NCBI GenBank assembly: GCA_029559435.1
Contig: JAKQBZ010000189.1
Location: 5,103-37,102 of the forward strand
Reading direction: 5' to 3'
DNA: 32,000 bases
Source: Deltaproteobacteria bacterium
GTDB lineage: Bacteria; Desulfobacterota; Syntrophorhabdia; Syntrophorhabdales; Syntrophorhabdaceae
The notes under the pieces are model-generated. The model saw only the letters and a program-made list of their open reading frames with translations. It was not told the origin of the DNA and made no database searches. Position 1 is the stretch's first letter. Each line of letters begins with the position of its first letter. Positions 25,003-32,000 of the stretch are shown here, piece by piece. Made by a program: the position numbers and the translations under genes.

Positions 25003-25725
25003 TCAATCTCCGTACTCTTCAAGGTAGCGCTCGATGTATTCGGTCACCTTTTCGTTGGGCCGGTACACGCCGAAATGCCCTTCGCAGAGGATGTCGGCCT
25101 TGAGGGCAAGGAGCTTTTCCATGGACTTCTGCCACCGGGATATATCTGCGCCAAACTCCGCGAGGAAAGGGCCGTGGATATCCTGGCCGAAGAGGACCCT
25201 CCCCGCCAAGGTATCCGTATAAACGGAGATCGAGCCGGGCGTGTGGCCGGGCGTATGGAGGCAGACAACGTCGCCCCGGGGAAATTTAAGGCGATGCTGC
25301 TCGCCGGAGATCTTCACGTCAACGGAGAGAGGGGCGAAGGTAACGCCGTACCAGTGCGCAGCCGTCATCCTGTCGTCGCCCCTTTCAACCGCGCCGGCGT
25401 CGAGTTCGTGCATGACAATTCGCGGGCCGAACTGTTTCTTGAAAACATGCGCCCCGCCGACATGGTCTATGTGGCAATGGGTGAGGATGACCGTCGTAAT
25501 CTTTGCGGGATCAAGCCCAAGGCGTGCAATGTTGCCGGTTATGGCCTCGACGCTGGCGCCCGCGCCGGCGTCGATGAGGATCAACTCGCCGGCGTCGATG
25601 AGATATACCGAACAGTCCTTGGGGTCGGTAATATCCGAGCTGCCGACAATATATATGCCCTTAACAATCTCTTCCGGACCCATGCCCTGCTCCTGAATAT
25701 GAATTGCCCTGTACGCAAGGCACAA
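25003..25725 (-). CDS. MBL-fold metallo-hydrolase
   Basis: ILTHCHIDHVGGAHVFKK, LHTPGHTPGSISVYT, GRVLFGQDI. Confidence 0.93.
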   Translation of the reverse strand: MCLAYRAIHIQEQGMGPEEIVKGIYIVGSSDITDPKDCSVYLIDAGELILIDAGAGASVEAITGNIARLGLDPAKITTVILTHCHIDHVGGAHVFKKQFGPRIVMHELDAGAVERGDDRMTAAHWYGVTFAPLSVDVKISGEQHRLKFPRGDVVCLHTPGHTPGSISVYTDTLAGRVLFGQDIHGPFLAEFGADISRWQKSMEKLLALKADILCEGHFGVYRPNEKVTEYIERYLEEYGD

Positions 25726-25818
25726 ACAGTCTAAAATCCTGAAGGTTTTTTATCAAGATCTTTTATCGCCGGGAGCGGGCATCCCTTGGCCGGAAGCAGC
25801 AGCAGGGCCGGGTTGGCC

Positions 25819-25848
25819 TTGACACTCCCTTGACTGACGTTGTATTAT
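25819..25848 (+). promoter_or_regulatory. Candidate sigma70 promoter upstream of the UPF0173-like gene
   Basis: TTGACA (25819-25824), 18-nt spacer, TATTAT (25843-25848). Confidence 0.55.
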
Positions 25849-25870
25849 CAATAAAAAAGGAGGAACACCT

Positions 25871-26527
25871 ATGAAGATAAAATGGTATGGCCACGCATCA
25901 TTTAAGATAACGACAGAAAAAGGGGTAAGAATTATCATTGACCCTTATGAGTCCGGTATTTTCGGGGGCGCTATCGCCTACGGGAAGGTTACAGATGAAG
26001 CGGATATTGTCCTTACAAGCCACGACCACGAAGACCACAATTATATAAAGGACATTCAGGGAAAATTCAAACATTTCAATCAGGCAGGAACGCACGAAGA
26101 GAAGGGCGTAAAGATACGGGCCATCCCGTCATATCACGATACCTCAAAGGGGAAAGAGAGGGGGGAGAACCTGATCTTTATCATCGACGTTGACGGGCTG
26201 ACCGTAGGGCATATGGGTGACCTCGGCCACATCCTTGAAAAGGACATAGTGAAGCAGATCGGCAAGGTCGACGTCCTTCTTGTGCCCGTAGGGGGCTTTT
26301 ACACAATCGATGCCAAAGAGGCAACGCAGACAATGAACGACCTGGCCTCCCTTGTGACGATACCGATGCATTATAAAACGGAAAAATGCAACCTCCCGAT
26401 AGCAGGAGTCGAAGAGTTTACCAAAGACAAAAAGGCCGTACGGACAACGGGCGGCCCCGAGGTAGAGATCACGAAGGCCAACCTTCCGGAATCGCAGGAG
26501 ATCGTTTTGTTGCAGTATGCCTTGTAG
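25871..26527 (+). CDS. UPF0173/YtkL-like metal-dependent hydrolase (MBL fold)
   Basis: MKIKWYGHASFKI, DIVLTSHDHEDHNY, GHMGDLGHIL, PVGGFYTIDAKEAT, IPMHYKT. Confidence 0.93.
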   Translation: MKIKWYGHASFKITTEKGVRIIIDPYESGIFGGAIAYGKVTDEADIVLTSHDHEDHNYIKDIQGKFKHFNQAGTHEEKGVKIRAIPSYHDTSKGKERGENLIFIIDVDGLTVGHMGDLGHILEKDIVKQIGKVDVLLVPVGGFYTIDAKEATQTMNDLASLVTIPMHYKTEKCNLPIAGVEEFTKDKKAVRTTGGPEVEITKANLPESQEIVLLQYAL

Positions 26528-26552
26528 AGATTCCCGCGTGGGCCGGGGAGCA

Positions 26553-27077
26553 ATGAAAAAACTTTTTTCGAAGGAAGAGATAGGCGGCGCGGTCAGAAGG
26601 CTTGCCTCATTGATAGAGAAGGATTTCGAAGGCGAGGACATCTTCTTTGTCTGCCTCCTGAAGGGCTCTTTTATGTTTACATCCGACCTGCTGCGCTGCA
26701 TCAGAAACCCGTCCAGGGTAGATTTTATGCGCGTAGCGTCGTACGGGAATGCCATGCAATCGAAAGGGGCGATATCGATCACAAAAGACCTGGAAGAGGA
26801 CATTGAAGGCAAAAACGTGGTCATTGTGGAAGACATTATCGATTCAGGGATAACGTTGAGCTCGGTCAGGGATTTGCTCAAGGAAAGGAAGCCGAAGGTG
26901 CTGAAGATCTGTGCGCTTGTTGACAAGAGGGCTCGCAGGGAGGTGGAGATAGAAGGCGATTACGTAGGGTTTACGATTAACGACGGCTTCATCGTGGGGT
27001 ATGGGATCGACTACGCGGAACTATACAGGAACTGCCCGGAGATATATGTCGTTGAAGAAAACGAAAATGCCGGATAG
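26553..27077 (+). CDS. hpt: Hypoxanthine phosphoribosyltransferase
   Basis: VCLLKGSFMFTSDLLR, VVIVEDIIDSGITLS, VGYGIDYAELYRNCPEIYVV. ATG 26553 has a good RBS (GGGGAG). Confidence 0.95.
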   Translation: MKKLFSKEEIGGAVRRLASLIEKDFEGEDIFFVCLLKGSFMFTSDLLRCIRNPSRVDFMRVASYGNAMQSKGAISITKDLEEDIEGKNVVIVEDIIDSGITLSSVRDLLKERKPKVLKICALVDKRARREVEIEGDYVGFTINDGFIVGYGIDYAELYRNCPEIYVVEENENAG

Positions 27078-27144
27078 CGCCTTGCCGGCAGCCCATGGCC
27101 CATAGCGGCAACAGTATCCAGTACCGGACGCGCAAGGAAATAAC

Positions 27145-27573
27145 GTGTTCTTAACGGCAAAAACGTTACTGTGCGCAGCGCTCATCGCCCTGATTTCTGT
27201 AAGCGCGTAGGCGTTCCGGAACGAACCTGACGGATACGGCGGGATCGCCTGGGGGACAAGTATTTCTGCAGTAAAGGGCATGAAGATGGTGGGCGCCAGG
27301 CCCGGGTTCCCTGACAAGAAAATATATGTAAGGCCCGGGGATGCGCTGCGCTTTGGTCATGTTGACCTGGAAGGCATCGAGTACGAGTTCTTAAGGGGAA
27401 AATTCCGGTCAGCGACCTTGAAGGTAAAGGACCTTGCCCGCTATATGGCCCTTAAAAAGGAAGCCTTCAGGCGCTTTGGCTATGGCCGGGAGCTGCACCC
27501 TTTCGCAGAGAGGTATTTCTGGGAAGGGGAAACCTCGAAGATATACCTTATTTCAGCCTTTGACCTCTCCTGA
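27145..27573 (+). pseudogene. Small secreted-protein gene interrupted by one in-frame TAG at 27208-27210
   Basis: GTG 27145 with an AAGGAA RBS gives MFLTAKTLLCAALIALISVSA-stop-AFRNEPDGYGGIAWGTSISAVKGMKMVGARPG... continuing in the same frame to 27573. The track only shows the part from ATG 27280. Confidence 0.75.
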
Positions 27574-27668
27574 GATGATGCCTACGGGGAGGGCCTCCTC
27601 GTCATATCGTCGAAGAAAGCCATGCGCTGATCAGAGGCCAGCCGTCAGTCCCTGAAACTCTAAATTCT

Positions 27669-27759
27669 AAATCCTAAGCACCAAATCCTAAACAATATCA
27701 AAATCCAAATATCAAATGTTCTAAACAAAAACTCCGTATATTTTGAATTTTGAACATTC
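27669..27759. repeat. AT-rich dispersed intergenic repeat, copy 2
   Basis: AAATCCTAAGCACCAAATCCTAAACAATATCAAAATCCAAATATCAAATGTTCTAAAC...TTTTGAACATT, matching 6195-6285. Confidence 0.75.
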
Positions 27760-27769
27760 GAATTTGTTA

Positions 27770-27785
27770 TGTTCCACGTGGAACA
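27770..27785. promoter_or_regulatory. parS: parS-like ParB-binding site 2
   Basis: TGTTCCACGTGGAACA, a perfect 16-bp palindrome (18 bp with flanks, ATGTTCCACGTGGAACAT) matching TGTTNCACGTGNAACA; intergenic. Confidence 0.85.
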
Positions 27786-27891
27786 TGGCTTATAAAAGGG
27801 AGGCGTTGCTGGATGTTTGTAAATCGCGAAGATAGAGGACACATATCGCCCAGAATAGTTTATAATATAACCAAAAACTTCGGAGGCGTCC

Positions 27892-28452
27892 ATGGCGGAC
27901 AGGATGCGGGCGGACGATCACCTTATATCGCGGGACGATTGCGCGCTTATTATCATCGATGTTCAGGAGAGGCTGATACCCGTTATCTCGGGGAAAGAGG
28001 GGGTCGTGCAGAACGTCATACGCCTTGCGCGTTTTGCCGGTATAGCAGGGATCCCCGTTGTGGTCACCGAGCAGGAAAAGCTCGGGTCGACGCTCCCTGA
28101 GGTAAAAAAGGAGCTCGCCGCCTTCAAGCCAGTTCCTAAAACTCACTTTAACTGCTTCGCCTGCAAAGAGTTCAGGGACGAGATGTCAATGATAAACAGG
28201 CATACGCTGATCCTTACAGGCGTAGAAGCCCACATCTGCGTTTTGCAAACGGCGCTCCATGGGGTGGAAAACTATAATGTTCACGTTGTGGGCGACGCAG
28301 TTTCATCGCGCGCTCCTGAAAACAGGAAAGTGGCCATGGACCGCATGATGCAGCGGGGCGCAACGATAACTTCAACAGAGATGTTCATATATGAGATATT
28401 GCGGAAGGCGGGGACCGATGAGTTCAGGGCGACGCTGCCGCTTGTGAAATAA
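27892..28452 (+). CDS. Isochorismatase-like cysteine hydrolase
   Basis: CALIIIDVQERLIPVI, VVVTEQ, LILTGVEAHICVLQTALH (catalytic Cys), VHVVGDAVSSRAPENRKVAMDRM. Confidence 0.92.
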   Translation: MADRMRADDHLISRDDCALIIIDVQERLIPVISGKEGVVQNVIRLARFAGIAGIPVVVTEQEKLGSTLPEVKKELAAFKPVPKTHFNCFACKEFRDEMSMINRHTLILTGVEAHICVLQTALHGVENYNVHVVGDAVSSRAPENRKVAMDRMMQRGATITSTEMFIYEILRKAGTDEFRATLPLVK

Positions 28453-28514
28453 AGCCGGATGGAACAATACGTAAGTCGTATGACCCAAACGTAAATAGAC
28501 TGGATATTCCGGTT

Positions 28515-28576
28515 CAGTTATTGAATATTGGGTATTGGTGATTAATTGGATCTTGGTTATTGGAGATTGGTTATTT
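28515..28576. repeat. AT-rich ATTGG/GGTGATT-type intergenic repeat, second copy
   Basis: CAGTTATTGAATATTGGGTATTGGTGATTAATTGGATCTTGGTTATTGGAGATTGGTTATT resembles the reverse complement of part of 1230-1354. Confidence 0.55.
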
Positions 28577-28582
28577 ACTTTA

Positions 28583-29824
28583 CTACTGCTTTACGTATAC
28601 AAGGTCCGTTGCGGAGAAGCTTGTTCCCTTTTTCGGCTTGGCCCAGCTTGCATCCACACCAAAAAGCTCAACGACCTCGATCTCGCCCTTGAAGCTCCCC
28701 TTTTGCCTGCCGAGAGGGGTTTTTGTCTTGGAATCCAATATCTGTTCGCCGGGCGAATATACCTCAAGGATGCCTCCCTTTTCGAGGCCGGACAGCCTCC
28801 CGGCATTGAGATAGACCTTTCCTTCCTCAATGGATGCGATACGGGCATGCCAATCAAGGGTGAGGACCGCCTTGAGGAGGTCGTCGGCGATTATCTCTAT
28901 TGCCAGGTCGATCGATTTCATTTTCGCCTTCTCAGAGCTCATGTCTCCCCCCTCCCGCGACAGGAAGACGGGGTTTCTTCCTGAGAGCTGCTTCAGTATC
29001 GTTCCCGTATCTGTATTGTAGACATCGACAGACAGCTTCGACATGGCGAAGGACGTTTCCTGCTGCTGCTTGCCCTCGATCTTTGACGTGCTTGTATATA
29101 CGTCTGAAAGATTTGCCTTGAGGACCGCCACAACCCCAAAGACCTCATTGAGCGTCTTCAGATTGGTGGGGTCGGTGAGAATACCCTGTATATTCGTAGT
29201 GTTAGGGTCGATGCAAATAGTGGTGCCGGTGTTCTCAAGACGAGAGATAAGCCGTTTTGTTGCCAGTTCCCCGAGGTGTTCTTCTTTATAGTTCGTCGTA
29301 TCCGTTACCGGGAGAACGATGACCTTCCTTTTCATTTTTGGCGAAGGATAATTGAAGTTGACCATGGCAAGGCCCGGCATGAAACCCATGCCAAGCGGGA
29401 TAGATCCCATTTGCATGGGGTATACCATCTGCGGCGCGATCCCCTTCTTCTTTAGCTCTTCTTCGAGCTTGGCGAGCCTTTTCTCCATCTCGTCCCGGTC
29501 CTTTTTCGACGCCGCCCCTCCGGACAAAAGCCCTTCGCCCAGGCCGGGGGAGTACTGGTCTTTTCTGATCCAGACGTATTCGGGCTCATAAGGCGAGAGC
29601 ATGTACCTTCTGTTTCTCGCGTAGATGTATTCAACCCCGTCGATAACCTTAATGTCACCGGGTTTCTGGTCGCCCACCTCCACCTTGTCCACCTTTTCCT
29701 TTTCGCCCTTGGCTTGCGAAGACTTCGCGGTTGTGGCAGGCTTGTCTTCCTTCTTTTTTGTAAAAGGCATGTAACTGCACGACAGGAATGTAAGTGCAAG
29801 AAAGAGAATGATAAATTTTCGCAT
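28583..29824 (-). CDS. Lipoprotein of unknown function with a FlgT-like C-terminal region
   Basis: N-terminal lipobox (MRKFIILFLALTFLSC), charged linker, RKVIVLPVTDTT..., and C-terminal ARIASIEEGKVYLNAGRLSGLEKGGILEVYSPGEQILDSKTKTPLG. Confidence 0.7.
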   Translation of the reverse strand: MRKFIILFLALTFLSCSYMPFTKKKEDKPATTAKSSQAKGEKEKVDKVEVGDQKPGDIKVIDGVEYIYARNRRYMLSPYEPEYVWIRKDQYSPGLGEGLLSGGAASKKDRDEMEKRLAKLEEELKKKGIAPQMVYPMQMGSIPLGMGFMPGLAMVNFNYPSPKMKRKVIVLPVTDTTNYKEEHLGELATKRLISRLENTGTTICIDPNTTNIQGILTDPTNLKTLNEVFGVVAVLKANLSDVYTSTSKIEGKQQQETSFAMSKLSVDVYNTDTGTILKQLSGRNPVFLSREGGDMSSEKAKMKSIDLAIEIIADDLLKAVLTLDWHARIASIEEGKVYLNAGRLSGLEKGGILEVYSPGEQILDSKTKTPLGRQKGSFKGEIEVVELFGVDASWAKPKKGTSFSATDLVYVKQ

Positions 29825-29883
29825 CGCGGTAATTATAAGTCAGAAAGGTTCGCAAAGTCAAATCGTATAAAAGAAAATCGACG

Positions 29884-32000
29884 CTACGCTTCTTGATTAA
29901 AAAGAGGCAGCGTAAAGCGAAAAACACTTCCCTTGCCGGGCGCGCTCTCAACCCAGATCTTCCCTCCATGCGCTTCGACAATTGACCTTACAATAAAAAG
30001 GCCGAGGCCTGATCCGCTTTCCTTTTTTCCAAAGCTCCCTCTCCTGTACTTGTCAAAGATATAAAGGACCTCATCCGCAGGGATCCCTATGCCTTTATCG
30101 CTGACCGACGTAACAATGAAATTCCTGTCCTGCCTTGCGCCTATTAAAACAGGGGAATCTTCGCCTGAAAACTTCATCGCGTTGACAACCAGGTTCACAA
30201 GAACCCTTTCAACATATGACCGGTCGGCAAAAACGGGCGGGAGCACATCCATTTCCGTAACGGCTATCCTCGGGCCGTACAGCTGGGCAATCTCTCTTAG
30301 CACCTCAGCTATATCCATGGCCTTGCGCGCAAGCTCAAGCCTTCCGGACTCGATCTTTGATATATTCAGGTAATTTTCAACAAGGTGATAGATCTTCGAG
30401 GTATTTTCCTGAACGCCGGCGATCTTTTCCCGCAGCGGTCCCTCAAGGTGTCCGTATTTTTCCTTCAGGATCCTGTTCAGGAAGCCGGTCACCGGTACCA
30501 GGTATGACTTGATGTCGTGGGTGATCGATGATATAAAATCGGCCTTGAACTCCTCGACCTTTTTTTCTTTTGAAATGTCCCGAAAAAGGACCACGTGGCC
30601 GGTTTCCTCGCTTTCAAGGATATATGGCGATATGTGTGCGTTCAGATATAAAGGCGATGAAGGGCCTTTGAACAGAAATTCCAGGCGCGTGGCCTGCTGG
30701 CCCGGCTCAATACGAACCTCTTCAAAGACCGTTTTATAGTGCCTGCCTATCGTCTGGTGCCTGTCAACGCCGGTTATTGTTTCTGCAGCCCTGTTAAAGT
30801 AGGTTACCGCCCCCTTGTCGTCCAACGTCATGATACCGTCGTCCATCGTCTCGAGAATGGTAAGAAGCCTTTTCCTGTCGTACTTTATGGTTTTTGATTT
30901 TGCCTCGAGGGCGCTGTTGATGGCTCTCATCGACTCGATGTTCTCGCCAATCGTCTTCTCCCGTGCCGCAATCGATTCGGCCATCTTATTCATCGATGAC
31001 GCGATAAGCTTGAATTCCTTGATCGATATGCCCGTAACGTCTATACGGGACCTCGTGTCCCCTTTTTCTATATCTTTACAGGCATCGACTATCCTGTTAA
31101 GGGAGGGCTTTATGCCGGCGGTGATAAGGAACGCAACAAGAATGACAGCGAGGGCGGAGAGGCACGATATGGTAATGAAGGTGTAAAGAAGTTTCTTTTT
31201 AGAAGGCACGAAAATGTTTTCGTTCACCGCTATCCCGTATGCCCACCGGGTGATCACGTTTCCATATCGATAGGGTTTATAGATGGTAAAATAACCGGTA
31301 TTGCCGATCCGGGTCTTGCCTATATATTTTTCACCCTTGCCGTAGATAGCGTCTGTAATGTCCTGCCGCAGATCCTGTGTCTGGTAGCCGGCAACCTTAA
31401 AGATCGTACTGAAGACCCGTCTTTCTTTATAAAATATCGAAATGAACACGGGCTCATCACGCTTTCTCGCCAGGAGCCCTGATACGTTGTTAACAAAGGC
31501 GCTGCCGCTGTCGAGGACGACAAGCCCCGTTATGCTGCCGGACAATCCGGATGTTTCCCCGAAGGGAACGCTGACGAAGAGCGCAGCACGCTCGACCGCG
31601 CCTGCCTTCACGAAGGTAAAGCCCCTCAAGATGTTCTTTTGCAGTTCCTGCGGAGGCTGAACGTCAACCAGCGGATCGCGAGCCCCGTTGCTCACCGTAA
31701 GGGCAAACCGGCCCTTATTATCAGAAACATGAATTACGTCAATATTTTTTTCCTTGAAGGAATCCTGGAACAGCTGCCGGATCATCTTTTTGTTACGCAG
31801 ACGAAAGGGCTCCTTAAACCTGTTGTTTATCGACAGCCGCGACAGGTGCGTCTCGATGCCGTCGAGCTCCCTGTCGATGGCAAAGTTAAAAAGGTCTACA
31901 TCTGCAGTGAGCCCTTTCTCAAGTTCGTTGACGGCAATCTGTTCTATGGAGGTTATGCCTGAGTAGGTTGTGATAATCGAGAGGATAACGATAAGGGCAA
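29884..32000 (-). CDS. Multidomain sensor histidine kinase (extracytoplasmic sensor, HAMP, PAS, HisKA, HATPase), N-terminus beyond the window
   Basis: The frame stays open past ATG 31785 to 31998 (ALIVILSIITTYSGITSIEQIAVNELEKG...). HisKA FISSITHDIKSYL; ATPase NLVVNAMKFSG, DKGIGIPADEVLYIFDKYRRG, SGSGLGLFIVRSIVEAHGG. Confidence 0.9.
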   Translation of the reverse strand, partial: ALIVILSIITTYSGITSIEQIAVNELEKGLTADVDLFNFAIDRELDGIETHLSRLSINNRFKEPFRLRNKKMIRQLFQDSFKEKNIDVIHVSDNKGRFALTVSNGARDPLVDVQPPQELQKNILRGFTFVKAGAVERAALFVSVPFGETSGLSGSITGLVVLDSGSAFVNNVSGLLARKRDEPVFISIFYKERRVFSTIFKVAGYQTQDLRQDITDAIYGKGEKYIGKTRIGNTGYFTIYKPYRYGNVITRWAYGIAVNENIFVPSKKKLLYTFITISCLSALAVILVAFLITAGIKPSLNRIVDACKDIEKGDTRSRIDVTGISIKEFKLIASSMNKMAESIAAREKTIGENIESMRAINSALEAKSKTIKYDRKRLLTILETMDDGIMTLDDKGAVTYFNRAAETITGVDRHQTIGRHYKTVFEEVRIEPGQQATRLEFLFKGPSSPLYLNAHISPYILESEETGHVVLFRDISKEKKVEEFKADFISSITHDIKSYLVPVTGFLNRILKEKYGHLEGPLREKIAGVQENTSKIYHLVENYLNISKIESGRLELARKAMDIAEVLREIAQLYGPRIAVTEMDVLPPVFADRSYVERVLVNLVVNAMKFSGEDSPVLIGARQDRNFIVTSVSDKGIGIPADEVLYIFDKYRRGSFGKKESGSGLGLFIVRSIVEAHGGKIWVESAPGKGSVFRFTLPLFNQEA

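Noticed and set aside
24874-25734. 286-aa plus-strand ORF opposite the MBL-fold gene
   Set aside because: Antisense to a protein with clear MBL motifs; the translation shows no recognisable family and spans the parS-like intergenic site.
30592-30597. CACGTG core inside the histidine kinase gene as parS
   Set aside because: Flanks are AGGAC/GCCGG, not parS-like.

Overview
This window looks like about 32 kb of bacterial chromosome, probably from an anaerobic deltaproteobacterium-like organism (lineage is inferred). The left part (1-11 kb) is mostly housekeeping and signalling: hisB (partial), hisH, a tetraheme c-type cytochrome, the system II cytochrome c maturation genes resB/ccsA, a PurQ-like amidotransferase, an HU/IHF protein, a histone-deacetylase-family protein, a GGDEF/HDOD/small-protein signalling cluster and an aminotransferase. 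The centre (9.8-21.8 kb) is the most system-like part. It has a tightly packed minus-strand cluster of three MmgE/PrpD-family proteins, LeuC-, LeuD- and LeuB-like enzymes and an MFS transporter, transcribed divergently from a complete DctP-DctQ-DctM TRAP transporter. I read it as a candidate uptake and degradation pathway for a branched or substituted polycarboxylate. The right part has glnA, a cupin, a PilZ protein, two MBL-fold hydrolases, hpt, an isochorismatase-family hydrolase, a lipoprotein and a multidomain histidine kinase that runs off the window end. Notable non-coding or decayed features are: two 16-mers matching the ParB-binding parS consensus (24875-24890, 27770-27785), one of them inside a 13-bp inverted repeat; a small secreted-protein gene interrupted by a single in-frame TAG at the signal-peptide cleavage region; a degraded zinc alcohol dehydrogenase behind dctM; a perfect 15-bp stem-loop between dctP and dctQ; AT-rich palindromes at the divergent promoters; and AT-rich dispersed intergenic repeats. 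No rRNA, tRNA or CRISPR array was recognised.
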